The notes beneath the pieces are model-generated. The model had not been told where the DNA came from, did not search any database, and saw only the letters and a program-made list of their open reading frames with translations. From Squalus acanthias (Eukaryota): a stretch of 64,000 nt of DNA. The DNA lies in the NCBI GenBank assembly GCA_030390025.1, contig CM059432.1, forward strand, positions 110,858,001 to 110,922,000. The letters are read 5' to 3'. Numbering within the stretch: position 1 is the first letter of the stretch; every line of letters begins with the position of its first letter. A program made the translations under genes and the position numbers. This document shows, piece by piece, positions 23,581-36,138 of the stretch.

Positions 23581-24037
23581 GTGTCAGCTGTGGTTCAGTG
23601 AGTAGCACTCTCGCCTCTGAGTCAGAAGGTTGTGGGTTCAAGTCCCACTCCAGAGACTTGAGCACAAGAATCTAGGCTGACACTCCAGTGCAGTACTGAG
23701 GGAGTGCTGCAGTGTCGGAGGTGCCGTCTTTCGGATGAGACGTTTGCCCTCTCAGGTGGACGTAAAAGATTCCATGGCACTCTTTCGAAGAAGAGCAGGG
23801 GAATTATCCCCGGTGTCCTGGCCAATATTTCTCCCTCAATCAACATCACTAAAAACAGATTCTCCGGTCATTATCACATTGCTGTTTGTGGGAGCTTGCT
23901 GTGTGCAACATGGATGTTGCATTTCCTACATTACAACAGCGACTACACTTAAAAGTGCTTCATTGGCTGTAAAGCGCTTTGGGCTGTCCTGAGGTGGTGA
24001 AAGGCGCTACAGAAATGCAAGTCTTTCTTTTTCTTTT
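23581..24037 (+). mobile_element. Full-length tRNA-derived SINE (Deu-type, SacSINE1-like) with L2-like tail
   Basis: Pol III A box TGGTTCAGTGAG (23591) and B box GGTTCAAGTCC (23635); tail AAAGGCGCTA...AAATGCAAG resembles the L2 3' end near 38476. Family name is from recall. Confidence 0.8.
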
Positions 24038-25149
24038 GCACTTCCACCAATCTTCCACTGAAGGTATGGTGGGAAACCAGCTCATGGAAAATCCAGGTGA
24101 AGACTTTTAATTATCTAGATCAATGGCTCGTGAGCTATATTTCTTTATATGTATGCATCCAAAAGAGAACTCAAAATCAATCAGCGGAGAAAGAGTTAAT
24201 ACAAGAACTGTAAATAGGGAAGGATTGTACCATTATTAAAGATTGGAGGGAGATGCTGAATATAGTTCTGAATTCAAACTTTTGAAGTGGAACATTTTGA
24301 GCATACAAAGTACTGTTGCAGAATTATTCTGAAAAGAAAGGAAAATGTAACTTTGATCTTCCCTTAAGTTTTATACTTCCTCACTCAGACCCTAAACAAG
24401 TGGGACCACCAATTCATTTGATATTTCAGGTAAGGAGCTTCTATGATCAGTGTCTCAGAAAAATTTTGAATGGAAACATGAATGGTATTATTTTTGCTCA
24501 AAACAATTGTGTTGTATACTCTGACCGTAAGTATGTGTAAAAGGAATGGATATACAAAATATTAATGATTAAAGCTGTGTTTGAAAAGGAGAATATGTAT
24601 TTTTGGAACAGACAGCCCAGCTGATATTCTAGCTTGCCGTATTAGCCTGGAGTCAATGAAACCTCACAGCGTGGCTGAATAAAGCAATTGTTTTAACCAC
24701 ACTCAGCTGACTCCTGTGCCTGAGAGAAAGAGAAAAACAGAGAGAGAGAGAGGGAGAGAGGGAATGTGCAAGTGAGCAAGCGATGCACTTGTGTGGAGCA
24801 AGATCATGGACAAATTTGAAGACGAGAATGAGAACTTTTTGTCAATGCATTGGGGTCTGGAGCGCCCAGAGGAATTGGGGAGGACATGGGTAATGGGCAC
24901 TCAGGCAGATTTCTGAATAAATTGAAGTTTATGTATGATTGTCCTCTATTTGCCTATTGATTTTTTTTCTCTCTGTCACACTGCACAAAATGGCTAATAA
25001 CCAGGTTTACTCACAGATGCACAATAGCCCCAGAACACGTATGGTGTTGGGCAGGGGGAGGGGTGGTGGTGAATTTCCATGGTCCTCTGTAACTTCGGCA
25101 GAAGACTCATGGAAATCCTAGAAAAACAGCATTAACGATATTTACGGGA

Positions 25150-25777
25150 AGGCAGGGAGGGAGCAGGGGGGAGGTGTTACAAATGGGAAACCCACCAGTA
25201 CGGGTTTCCCGGATGTCCTGCAGACATTAACAGCAGGACGTGTTTTAAAGTTTATCACCAGGCTTCCTGCCCGACAGCCAGCCTGATTGCCTGCCTATCG
25301 GGCGAGAAAGCCTGCGGCACAAGGCCACAACCAGGGAGCGGAGAAGATGGAGGTCTGGAGGAGATCGAGGTCAGGGAGAAGATCGAAGTGAGGAGAAGAT
25401 CGGGGGGGCGGGGGGTGTCGGTAATTGCGAGGTAGGGAGGTAGGGAAAGAGGTTTGCTTGTTGGGCCTGGAGGAAACACTCCTGCTTCTCCTGGCCCATA
25501 AACAGTGCTGTAAATGCACTTACTTCATGCATCCAGCCCTTCTCACCTCCTTTTCCCTGCTGGATTTCCCGAGCCTCCGGAAACCAGTCTGAAATGGGTT
25601 AAAAATAAAAAATGTACAAAAAATGGAAGCATGCAGCCTTCTTAAAAGATTTAGGTGACTGACCCGCCTGCTGAGAGTTAAAAGTGGACGGGTTGGGGTT
25701 GGGCTTGAGATTTAAAATATTTTAAATTTCCCACCCGGCCCAAACCCATCCGTTCTTGGGTGTTAAAATTCCCCCCA
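25150..25777. mobile_element. Older Harbinger-type non-autonomous element
   Basis: Right end GTTAAAATTCCCCC; internal blocks (GGAGGAAACACTCCTGCT..CCTGGCCCA) are shared in reverse with 51200-51635 and 51782-52277. Left end not resolved. Confidence 0.5.
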
Positions 25778-25899
25778 TTATGTCCGACAGATATTTAAAG
25801 GGAGGGACCAAGCCATTCAGTGCAAATGCAAGCACCCTATGAGTTTTGTTTGAATATATGTTTGCGTGCCAATTCTATTGAGTTTAAGAGATTTTCAAT

Positions 25900-27690
25900 T
25901 GGCTGGTAGGTACTGAAAATCTACAATTAATTCCAGATTTCAAAGGGCGATCTTCACTAAAATGGAACAGATTAACTGCTTAACCCTACTAGGGGATGAT
26001 GAAACTGATGTAGAATATAAATGGAAAGTTTTCAAGAACAAAATAGAACATGTGAAATATATTTACATGCCCAAAGGCAAAAGGAGGGCGTGTGGTTAGA
26101 AAAAGTGATTGGTTATGTACAAAGATAAATAGGATGTAAACAAAAATATTTCTACAAACTAAAGTCATATAATACTCAACAAAACAAAAATAGGTACCGG
26201 GAATAGCTAAAGAAGACTAAGGCAGCCATTAGATCAGCTAAAAGAGTAATGGAAAAGAGGACTGTAGACAATTGTGATAGTAATGGGGAAAGCTTTTTCA
26301 GCTATGAGAACTGTCAAAGACTGTATTGGGCCATTGAAGGATGCTCAAAAAACAGGTTACAAAGGACTCATGGGGTATGGCAGAAATACAAAAGAAGTAT
26401 TTTGCATCAGTCTTCACTCTTGAAGATGATGCTCAACTGTCAGAATTCAATGATGTTGTTAATTAGGAACCTTAAAATAGAGAGGGCAGCCAGCCCAGAT
26501 GCTATCCACCTGAGGGTCCTCAGGGAGATTGGACAGGTGCTGTGAGAGCCCCTAGCCTGTATCTTTACTAGCTCGCTGGAGTTTGGGACTGTTCCTTTAG
26601 ACTGGAAAGAGGCTACTATAATTCCAATCTTTAAAAAAGGAGATAAGATGGATCCGGGTAACTGTAGACCCATTAGTTTGATATCAGTGGGGGCGATTTT
26701 GTGAATGGAGGCGGGTTGGAGGCGGGACTGCTGCTTGTTGGGTTTCAGTCCCGCCTCCATCGAGTTGTGGCCAACCCACGCTATTTTCCCTTGATTGAGC
26801 TTGTTAAGCCCACCCAGCGGGTTTAGCAGGCCAATTAAGAGAAAGCCGGTTGCAGAGCACGTCAACGTATGACGTTTCATCTGTCAAAAATTTTTGACAG
26901 ATGAATTGTCATCGTTTGACAGCTCTGTGAAGCTGTCAAACAGTGACAATCTCTGCAGTTTGATGAGGTCTTGCATACAAGACCTCATCAATGTTCTTTC
27001 TTTTACAGAATTGAGATATTTGTTGCATCTGAGAATGCAACGGACATTCTCATCTGCAACACGGAGGTGCGAGACTCTCCGTATAGAAACCGATTGAAGC
27101 CTGCAGGAAGAAACAAAGGTAAGTACACTTTTAAAAACACTTAGCACTTACCTCAGATACTCACCTCTACACTCTTGCACCCATCACTTACCTTCACACC
27201 ACACTTTTGCACCCCCCCGACCCCCGCAGACACAGTACTCGCCTCGCTGAACTGACGGGTTTTGGTGCCGTCGGGAAGCCCGCACTTGTGAGGGCAAAAA
27301 CGAGATAATCCTATTTTCTGCCTGTTAACTACCTGTTAACAGGCAGTTAATAGGCTTTAATCCCTTCCTGCCTCCAAGGAGATGGGACCCGGCGCGGGAC
27401 GGCAACCCGCCTCCTGGGAAGATGGCATGGAGGCGGGTTGGGGCAGGTTTGCCACTCGCCCCCAAATTCTGCCATTTTCCCGGCAGTCCCGCTTCCTCGG
27501 GGCTGAGAAAATCACCCCCAGTAATAGGGAATCATTAAAGATGCACTATACAACTACTTTGACAGAGAAGGGAATATCAGGAACACCTAACTTGGCTTCA
27601 AAAAAAGGAAAGTCATGTCTAACCAATTCAATTATATTTTTTGAAGAAGTCACCAAGATAGACTTCCAAAAATCTTTTGATAGGGTACCA
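25900..27690 (+). mobile_element. Old CR1 ORF2 fragment interrupted by MITE 26689-27519
   Basis: [56 protein letters not shown]. Confidence 0.75.
26689..27519 (+). mobile_element. Harbinger-type MITE (831 bp), TSD AGT
   Basis: TIRs GGGGGCGATTTT and AAAATCACCCCC; AGT at 26686-26688 and 27520-27522; repeated CCCGCCTCC motifs; same family as 31597-32413. Confidence 0.9.
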
Positions 27691-27869
27691 GTTTTTTCCC
27701 TCTAATTGGTCTGGGTTTTTATTTGGTCTTTCGCCTCTCCCAGCACATTACCTGACTTTTGGGTGGGGTCGAGAGTTTATATATTGTGTTGCACAAGGCA
27801 TCACAGTTATATGAGATCGGCTAGATGGACCAGTGCATCTTTTCCTGTCAGTCATTATTCGTATGATTC

Positions 27870-28213
27870 TATTCTTGGGATGTGGGCATCGCTGGCAAGT
27901 CTGGCATTGACTGCTTTGTACAACTGGGTAGCTTGCAAGGCCACTTCAAAGGGAAGTTAAGAGTCATCCACATGGTGTGGGACTGGAGTCACATATAGGC
28001 CAGACCGGGTAAGAATGGCAGGTAAGGACATCAGTGAACCAATTGGGTTTCTATGGCATTCAACACCTTCAGGGTCATTTTTACTGATGCCAACTTTTCA
28101 TTTCTGGATTTTTTAAAAAACTGAATTCAAATTCTCAAACTACCATGGTGGGATTTGAACTCATGTTCTCTGGTTCATGAGTCCAGGATTACTAATCCCT
28201 AACATAACCACAT
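27870..28213 (-). mobile_element. Diverged tRNA SINE (family of 45917-46420)
   Basis: Reverse complement matches the head, body and tail of 45917-46420. Confidence 0.75.
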
Positions 28214-29009
28214 ATAATTCAAAATTTCCTATTTTCCAGTGAAATTTTGAAAATATATCTCAACCTGTCTTGTTCAAAGTGAGTAATCCATCAGAAACCA
28301 TTCAAGAGATATAGATAAGCCAGAGAGACTCTGCGGAAGTTCAGCAGCAACATATCATAAATCAGAGATCTTCAGCTAGGTCCAGTTCACACCGAAATTT
28401 CATGCTGCAGCTGCAATGGTTTGTTACTTTCCATCTTTCCGGGAGGGTCACTTAAGCTTGTAACTATTATAAATCAAGTGTATTATTGTTCACTTATCTA
28501 TTTACTGATTAATAAATCTGTTTTGGCTGTTCATAGCGTAAGCCATGATCTAGTGGAGTGTTTACACTACTGCCTTCCCAAGTCAAGGAAGATCACGGGA
28601 GAACAGGTGAATCACCATACAATGACAAGAGTTTTCTATTAGATCTATTAGCTCACTATAAATTATGTAGATATTGGGACATAAAGGCACACTCCAGTTT
28701 GTCGGGAATGAGAGCTCACCTACAGCAGTGGACAGAGATGCTGAACCCAGGAAAAATGACTGGAGTAAAAAGACAAAAACATAACGGCCAGCGGGAAAGG
28801 CATTGGTAAAATCAAGCTGTGAGGTGGCAAAGCCATGGAGAGGGTTTCAGCACTGGTGGCTGAGGTAAGGACATAGGTTGGTGATGTTGCAAAGGCAGAA
28901 GTGGGTTGTCTTGGTAACAGAACAGATGTGCCACTTGAAGTTGAGCTCAGGACATTGAAAATGCACACGGTCGGGCTCATCCCTGAGTGAGCGTAAGAAA
29001 CTGTACCAG

Positions 29010-29375
29010 AGGCACTAAGGAGGGTTTGAAGTGCATGTGCGTAAATGCACGGAGCGTGACAAATTAGGTTGGTGAGCTGCAGGCACAAGTTGCCACATGG
29101 GATTATGATATAGTGGCAAAAGACCCAGGGGGAGAGGAGGAGAATATTTGTTTTATGCAGCGAGTTGTTGTGATCTGGAACGCACTGCCTGAAAGTGTGT
29201 AGAAGTAGATTTAATAGCAACTTTCAAAATAGAATTGGATAAATACTTGAGAAGGAAAAATTTGAAAGGCTGTGGGGAAAGAGCAGGGGAGTGGGACTAA
29301 TTGGAGAGCTCTTTCAAAAGAGCCAGTCGAGGCACAATGGGCGGAATGGCCTCCTTCTGTGCTGTGTGATCCTAT
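29010..29375 (+). mobile_element. CR1 fragments (start of ORF2 joined to 3' end)
   Basis: CVNARSVTN..GELQAQ then FMQRVVVIWNALP and the CR1 3'UTR and tail. Confidence 0.75.
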
Positions 29376-30777
29376 GGGGGCGATTTTCCCAATGGAGGCG
29401 GGTTTCGGTTTGGGTGGGTTCCAAACCCGCCTCCACTGAGAGGTGGGAAAAATTTGCGATTTTCTCCTAATTGGCCAGTTGATTTCAAAGGTCCCCTGGG
29501 CCAATTAGTGAAACTCGCCTCTGCTACCGTCACTTATCCAGCTTCATTTAAGGGCTGCTTGCTGCCTTGGCTCATTCCACTGGTTTTTGGTCAATGCTGC
29601 ACCACCTCCAAGCTGTTATCTCCTTGAAGAATGGCCAGCTCCAAGGCAAGGGCCTCCCCGAGGTTCTCAGATGAGGCGCTGGGTATGCTGGTTGAGGGGG
29701 CGAGAGCTAGCAGGGAGGTGCTCTTCCCCTCATCTGGGAGGAAGAGGCCTCCCAAATAAACCAAGGCTGTGTGGGTCCAGCTGGTAAGGGATATAACCTC
29801 CAGATCTGTGCAGATTGGGTGATTGTTTCTGTTTATTGATGAAATACCATCCCTGTGGGAATGTATTAAAATTAGGTGATGGCAAACTGTTGGCGTGATG
29901 GCATTTGTTATTTCGGCTTAGGCAGCTCCACATTGCGGGCTCCGCGACACTTGCGTGGTCAGAGTGAAAGGAGGCCAGAGAGTCATGTCCATTGTCTATC
30001 ATGTGTTAAGAAGGAGCCAAGCACATGTGCCACAATGGGCAACCTATGCAAATCTGGCCAGGATGAGTGCATTCCTTGCACGACGTGCTTCCATGCACTG
30101 GCGCCTTCTGCCCTGTGCAGCATCAGGTGGGTGAGCAAGAGGTTGGGGCTCCTGCTGGTGTTGCTGCTGAGCTGCCTGGTTCTGCTGCTGCCGTGGCTGC
30201 TCCTCATCCGAATCTGAGATCCATGGTGAAAGGAAATAAATGGTTCCCATGCTGCTGACAGATACCTCCGCTGGGGAAGCGCACAGTCCAAGCGGGGAGA
30301 GGGTCTTCCAAGGAGGTCCCACAGTTGAGAGATAGAAGCTGCAGCACCTCAGACTTCGGTAGGCCTGCTAAAAGTGCTGAAAGACTTTTGGAACAAAAGT
30401 TCTGCCACCTGCAACTGCTCCCTGATGAAAGCTCCGTTTTAATGGTGGAGCTGCAGCTGTGAGGAGGCCACCCACTTGTCAACCCGCCAGGATTAGCTGG
30501 CGTGGTTTAGGAGGGTCGTGCAACACGCTGAAAATGTGGTAAAATAATGAAGGCCTGTCAAAATAGGATTGCAGAGGCCCTTAACGACTATTTAAGGGTC
30601 TTAACTACCTCTCCTGACTGATGGAGGCGGGACCGAATCGCACCCATCAAACCCGCCTCCAGCAAAATTGCGCGGTGGCGGATTGGAGGCTGGTTCCGAA
30701 CCCGCCCTCAGTTTTTGCCATTTTGCCAACTGTCCCGCCTCCAAAGCCGCCTCCTCGGGGCTGGGAAAATCGCCCCC
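29376..30777 (+). mobile_element. Internally deleted Harbinger element (1402 bp), TSD TAT
   Basis: Perfect 16-bp TIR GGGGGCGATTTTCCCA; TAT on both sides. Myb-like start MASSKARASPRFSDEALGMLV at 29631 (+) and transposase N- and C-terminal remnants at 30044-30250 (-). Confidence 0.9.
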
Positions 30778-30854
30778 TATGATTCTAGGCACAATGGGGG
30801 CGATTTTGCCAGCCCCAGGGAGGCAGGTATGGAGGCAGGACTGCCGGGAAAAAG

Positions 30855-31197
30855 CCGTCTTTTGGATGAGACGTTAAACCGAGGCCCCGTCTGCTCTCTC
30901 AGGTGGACATAAAAGTTCCCATGGCACTGTTTCGAAGAAGAGCAAGGAAGTTATCCCCGGTGTCCTGGACAATATTTATCCCTCAATCAACATAACAAAA
31001 ACAGATGATCTGGTCATTATCACATTACTGTTTGTGGGAGCTTGCTGTGCGCAAATTGGCTGCCGCGTTTCTCACATTATAACAGTGACTACACTTCAAA
31101 AGTACTTCATTGGCTGTAAAGCGCTTTGGGACGTCCGGTGGTCATGAAAGGCGCTATAGAAATGCAAGTCTTTCTTTCTTCTTTCTTTCTTTCTTTA
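30855..31197 (+). mobile_element. 5'-truncated Deu-type SINE, directly after a 60-bp MITE terminus (30796-30853)
   Basis: Matches about 23722-24037; (TTTC)n tail. Confidence 0.85.
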
Positions 31198-31596
31198 TGT
31201 TTTACATTGCTCCAACCAAGCTCAATGAAAATGTCACCTTCACAACCACTCTGCAGTTCTTTGATGTGACTCTTTGAACCTTTATTATCGCTCCATTCTC
31301 CCAGGCACACTGCATCCTATTCTGGAGCAGTCTTACTCACCTCTTGTCATTTTCATGCCTTTTCACATTCTGACTAAGATGACTCTTCTATATCATCTAC
31401 ACTTTCATTGCTTTCAGTCTTTTATGTAAATTCTTTACAGGTTATTAAACCCAGTAGCTACCCCTTTGTGATAGTATTTAGCACATCTGAACTCTTGACT
31501 TTTATCTGCTGTTCTCCCTTCCCTCTTTGTTTTGATCAGTACTGTAAAGGAATGCTCTTGCCTTCCTATATCAGTGCTGAAGTGTCTCCACCTGAA

Positions 31597-32413
31597 CGGC
31601 TGGATTTTGAATCTGGGGTCGGGAATCACACATTCTGGCTTGTGAACCCGCCTCCATCGAGATGTGGCCAACCCACTGTATTTTCCCTTGATTGACCTTG
31701 TTGAGCCCGCCCAGTGGGCTCAGCAGGCCAATTAAGGGCCACCCGGCAACAGGTGACGTCACAGACTGACATTTCATCTATCAAGAGCTTTTGACAGATG
31801 AAATATCAGCGTTTGACAGCTCTGTGAAGCTGTCAAACACTCACAATATGATTTCTAACTTCAGTCCTTCCTCTCAGGCTGAGTTAGAAATCATTCCAGC
31901 ACAGAAAACAGAAGGCTGCAGTTTCTGACAGAACCACGGCTTTCCTGCTTTCTGTGCCGGTGAGATTTCTAACTCCCGAGAACTGAAGGGCTGACACCTG
32001 CAGGAGGAAGTTTAGGTAAGTAAAACTTTTTCCAACACTTAGCACTTACCTTACACACTTACCTCTGCACACATGCACCCATCACTCACCTGCCCACCGG
32101 ACATATCGACCCCTCCAACTCCTGCAGACCCACGGCCCGCCCCGATAACTTGGCGTGGTTGCCACCTGTCGGGAAGCCCACACTTTTCTTTTCAAAATAG
32201 GGATTATGCAAAAAACTGCCTGTTAATTAACTGCCTGTTAACAGGTAGTTGTCACTAATCCCTTCCCGCCTCGGGGAGTCGGGTCTCAGCACAGGTCGGG
32301 TACCCGCCGCCAGACAAACTGGAGGCGGGATGGGGTCGGGACCCCCGAATCTGCAACTTTAACCCCCCCCCCGCCTCCAAACCCAACTTCACGGGTCATT
32401 GAAAATCCAGCCC
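31597..32413 (+). mobile_element. Harbinger-type MITE, TSD GAA
   Basis: TIRs CGGCTGGATTTTGAAT and ATTGAAAATCCAGCCC; GAA at 31594-31596 and 32414-32416; internal homology with 26689-27519. Confidence 0.85.
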
Positions 32414-33438
32414 GAAATGTTTGGGCTAATTTTCTGACTTTGCACTCCCAGCCAGGAGGCTGACACAACAGAAACATAAATCAGAAAATCTGGTGTGCTG
32501 AAATGGTCAGAAAATCATACACTGCCTGCATCCAAATTTCCAATTTGTGTTCCTGGTGGGTGGGCCCTCTCGCGGGAAGTGTAAAGTAATAAAGTAGCCC
32601 TGTTCATCTGACTTTTCTCTTTTCAGTTGCTGACGGATCCACTGTGTATTTCCAGCAGTTTTTTAATTTATACGTCAAAAATCCTGTTACTTATCTAAGT
32701 CTGTGTCTATGATTTGAAGACATTAGTTATCGTGGTTTCCAAAACATTTCATCAGTAGCAAGGGAAATATTAGAGACACACATTAAGGAAACACCAGAAA
32801 CACACAGTGGACATTTGGGTGTGCACCTGCTGTGATTTTCCAACCACTTATTTAAATGACTGGGAAATCAAGCACAGCACACGGCCAAATTTCCTATATG
32901 GATTCGCGCTAGCAGCACCAAGTCAGGAAATTGACCCTTAGAACTCAAACCATGATTCTGCCACGTCTAAAAATTTATTAACGTATCTTATTGGATGTCA
33001 TGCCTTGGAATTCAAACCCTCTTTTTCCGGTGACTGTAGATCCTATTGAAGGCAACTGGTTCTTTGATGCAGAAAATAAGCATGCTTTAGGGAAAGTACG
33101 TGACTCTTGAGACAGACACATGTTGATTCATGGAATATCTTCAAATCTTTATCCACTTAGTGGTATATTTTATGATTTTAAGATTCTATTGCTTCTTGTG
33201 TAGGCACCAAAAGTACCCCGTTCAGATTAAGCTGATATTTTTAAATGAATGTGGATTTTTTTATTGTGCAAAGTACCTTTGAAATTTTCTTTTCTTTCCA
33301 CTCTGTGTATCCAACACTCCTGAGATCCCTGTCACCACAACCAATTACTGGAGGGAAAGGAGCTTCCTGTGGGACCAATGTCAGCACCAATCAGAGACAA
33401 AATGCATCCCCTGGGCCCGCAGGTTTTTTCCGTTAAGG

Positions 33439-36138
33439 CAGCGTTTCCCAACCTGTGGTCCGCGGACCACCAGTGGTCCGCGAGGGTACTGCAGGTGGTC
33501 CGCGAAAAAAAATAATTTTGATACTGTAATAATAGCACCGCGTGTACCTCGTATGTATCATATGCGATACATTATTATTATATAGTCAACTGACTAAAAA
33601 GAACAAAGCACTTCTGAAATTTTAATAGTGTGGGGGTGTCTCGCTTTTGCGTGACGTCAACGTGAACCAACGCTTAGATTCTTCTAGAAAATTCGACGGT
33701 GGCTTTTATCTGGCACGTGTAAGCAAACTCTCTCATAGATAATGGAATTAAAATCTTCAGCAGCCTTGGAAACCTTGTTTCCTTAGATGGCTCTTTGAAA
33801 TACAGCATTGTTGAGTACACTTGGGGTTCATCGCAACTTGCTTGGAGGCAAGAGAACAACTAGACCTAAAATAGCATTTGTCATAGTATTTAAAGTCATA
33901 GCTGCAAACATGAAGAGACTTTATTAAACAGTAATAGTGTGGGGGGTGTGGCGCTTTTGCGTGACGTCAACGTGAACCGACGCTCTTAGATTCTTCTAGA
34001 AAATTCGACGGTTAGAGCGCGGGAATCAAAAAATGGATCGGTGGCTTTTATCTGGCACGCGTCAGCGAACTCTCTACTATGGTCAAAATGACAGTGAGAC
34101 ATCAGCAAATGAAACTCAGCACAACAAAAGTAAGCGAAAAGTGAGGAGAAAATACAGCAGTGAATACTTAAAACTAGGATTTACTTACGCTGGAACTGAG
34201 AACGAACCGTTGCCAGTATGTGTCGTGCGCTATGATGTTCTGTCGAATGAAAGCCTAAAGCCCGCTAATCTTCGCCGTCATCTTGAGACTAAGCATGGGG
34301 AATACGTGTCCAAGCCAACTGGATTTTTTTACAACCAGCTCAAAGAATTCCAACGTAGCAAGACAATTATGGAATGCACATCTAAAGGCAGTGATAATGC
34401 TAAGGCGGTGGAGGCCTCGTACCGGGTAGCTAGGCTCATAGCAAAGACAGGGAAGCCGCACACAATTGGGGAGGAGTTGATATTGCCAGCGGCTAAGGAG
34501 ATGGTGGGTGTTGTGCTGGGAGAGGGGGCCTGCAAGCAAATTAACATGATTTCATTGTCGGATAACACAGTTCAACGCAGAATTGATGAGCTGGCTCAGG
34601 ACTTGTGTGATCAGCTAATAGCGAGAATGCAAGCGAGTCGTTTTTATGCACTTCAAAAGGATGAATCAACGGACATTGCAAACCTTTCAAACCTGATCAC
34701 CTATGTAAGGTATGAACACAATGGAGAGATACATGAGGACTTTCTCTTTTGTAAATCGTTGCCCACACGCTCAACTGCAGAGGCTATTTTTGGAATGTTG
34801 AACAGTTCCATTATTGAAAATGGGATTGATTGGTCAAAATGTGTCGGACTTGGCACAGATGGGGCCCGTACGATGTTAGGCCAACACAGTGGGGTTGTTA
34901 CGCGTGTAAGAGCAGTGGCTCCAGCAGCATCATCCATTCACTGCAGCATCCATAGGGAGACGTTAGCTGCAAAGAAAATGCCTGCTGATCTCAAGACCGT
35001 TTTGGAGGAAGCCGTTAAAACTGTTAATTATATCAAGGCCCGTCCACTGAATTCACGAATATTTGCAGCTATTTGTGACGAGATGGGCAGTGATCACCAT
35101 CAACTACTTCTGCACACCGAGGTCCACTGACTGTCCAGAGGAAAGGTACTCACTTGTATTTTAGAGTTGCATGAAGAGGTGAGATTTTTTTTTACTGGAC
35201 TCAAAGTTTGAACTTTCACATCGCTTCAGTGATTTTCAGTGGCTGGACAAATTGGCATATATGGCAGATATTTTCGATCACTTGAATGGTCTCAATTTGC
35301 GTCTTCAGGGAAAATCAGTGACATTCTTTCATGTGCAGGACAAAATAGAAGCGATGATCAAGAAAATAGAGATGTGGACCAAACGACTTGAGCAGTCAAA
35401 TTACGACTCGTTTGCGAATCTGTCTGATTATTTGGTCACGGCAGAGATGAAGCTTCCAAACAGTGTGAAAGAAATCATCAGAGAGCACCTCCAAAGTTTG
35501 AAAATAAACCTACACAAGTACTTCCCTGTGCCTGACACAAAATTCAACTGGATACAAAATCCCTTTGCGAGCCTTGATGATGACATCCTCGCAAGCCTGA
35601 CCTCGGCAGAGCAAGACAACCTTGTGGAACTGTCCTGTGACAGTGCTTTAAAGCAGGATTTCTCTCGGCAATACCTGACTGACTTTTGGCTTAAAGTTGC
35701 TTCGGAATATCCAGCACTGTCCGACAAGGCAGTAAAGTTTCTAATGCCTTTTCCCACAACGTACCTATGCGAAACTGGATTTGCTGCGCTTGTTGCATTG
35801 AACACCAAATACTGGAATAAACTGCAAGTTGAACCAGATCTCCGATTGAGACTGTCATTGCTGGAACCTGACATCCAGCGTTTGACGTCTGCAAAACAAC
35901 ATCAGCCTTCTCATTAGGTAAGTGTTATCTTTTCCCCACTGGTAGGCCTACTGTAGTTAAATGGGCTGTGACGAGTGCCAGTGCAATGTATTTGTGAGTG
36001 AGCATAGTAAATGATTAGAAACAGCTGCGTTTTTAGGCGTTTTTAGGCTGTTAAAAATTTTTTAAACGGCTGGTGGTCCGCGGAAGCTTTTGATGACGTT
36101 GAAGTGGTCCGCGGGATGGAAAAGGTTGGGAACCGCTG
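33439..36138 (+). mobile_element. Full-length hAT DNA transposon (Buster/Charlie/SPIN-like), 2700 bp
   Basis: 16-bp TIRs CAGCGTTTCCCAACCT and AGGTTGGGAACCGCTG; 8-bp TSD CGTTAAGG/CGTTAAGT (7/8); subterminal GTGGTCCGCG repeats (3 left, 2 right). Confidence 0.95.
34033..35917 (+). pseudogene. hAT transposase (BED finger, DDE, dimerisation domain; ZBED5/SCAND3-like), two lesions
   Basis: Motifs LRRHLETKH, DEST, TDGA, HCSIH, HTEV-W-LSRG, TTYLCETGF. TGA at 35128-35130 replaces the Trp; a +1 T in the T9 run at 35185-35193 shifts the frame. Confidence 0.93.

Noticed and set aside
23581..23655. tRNA gene
   Set aside because: A and B boxes run straight into a repeated SINE body; it is a SINE head.
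34033..35917. Domesticated host gene such as ZBED5 or SCAND3
   Set aside because: Flanked by TIRs and a TSD and carries disabling lesions, so it is a transposon copy.
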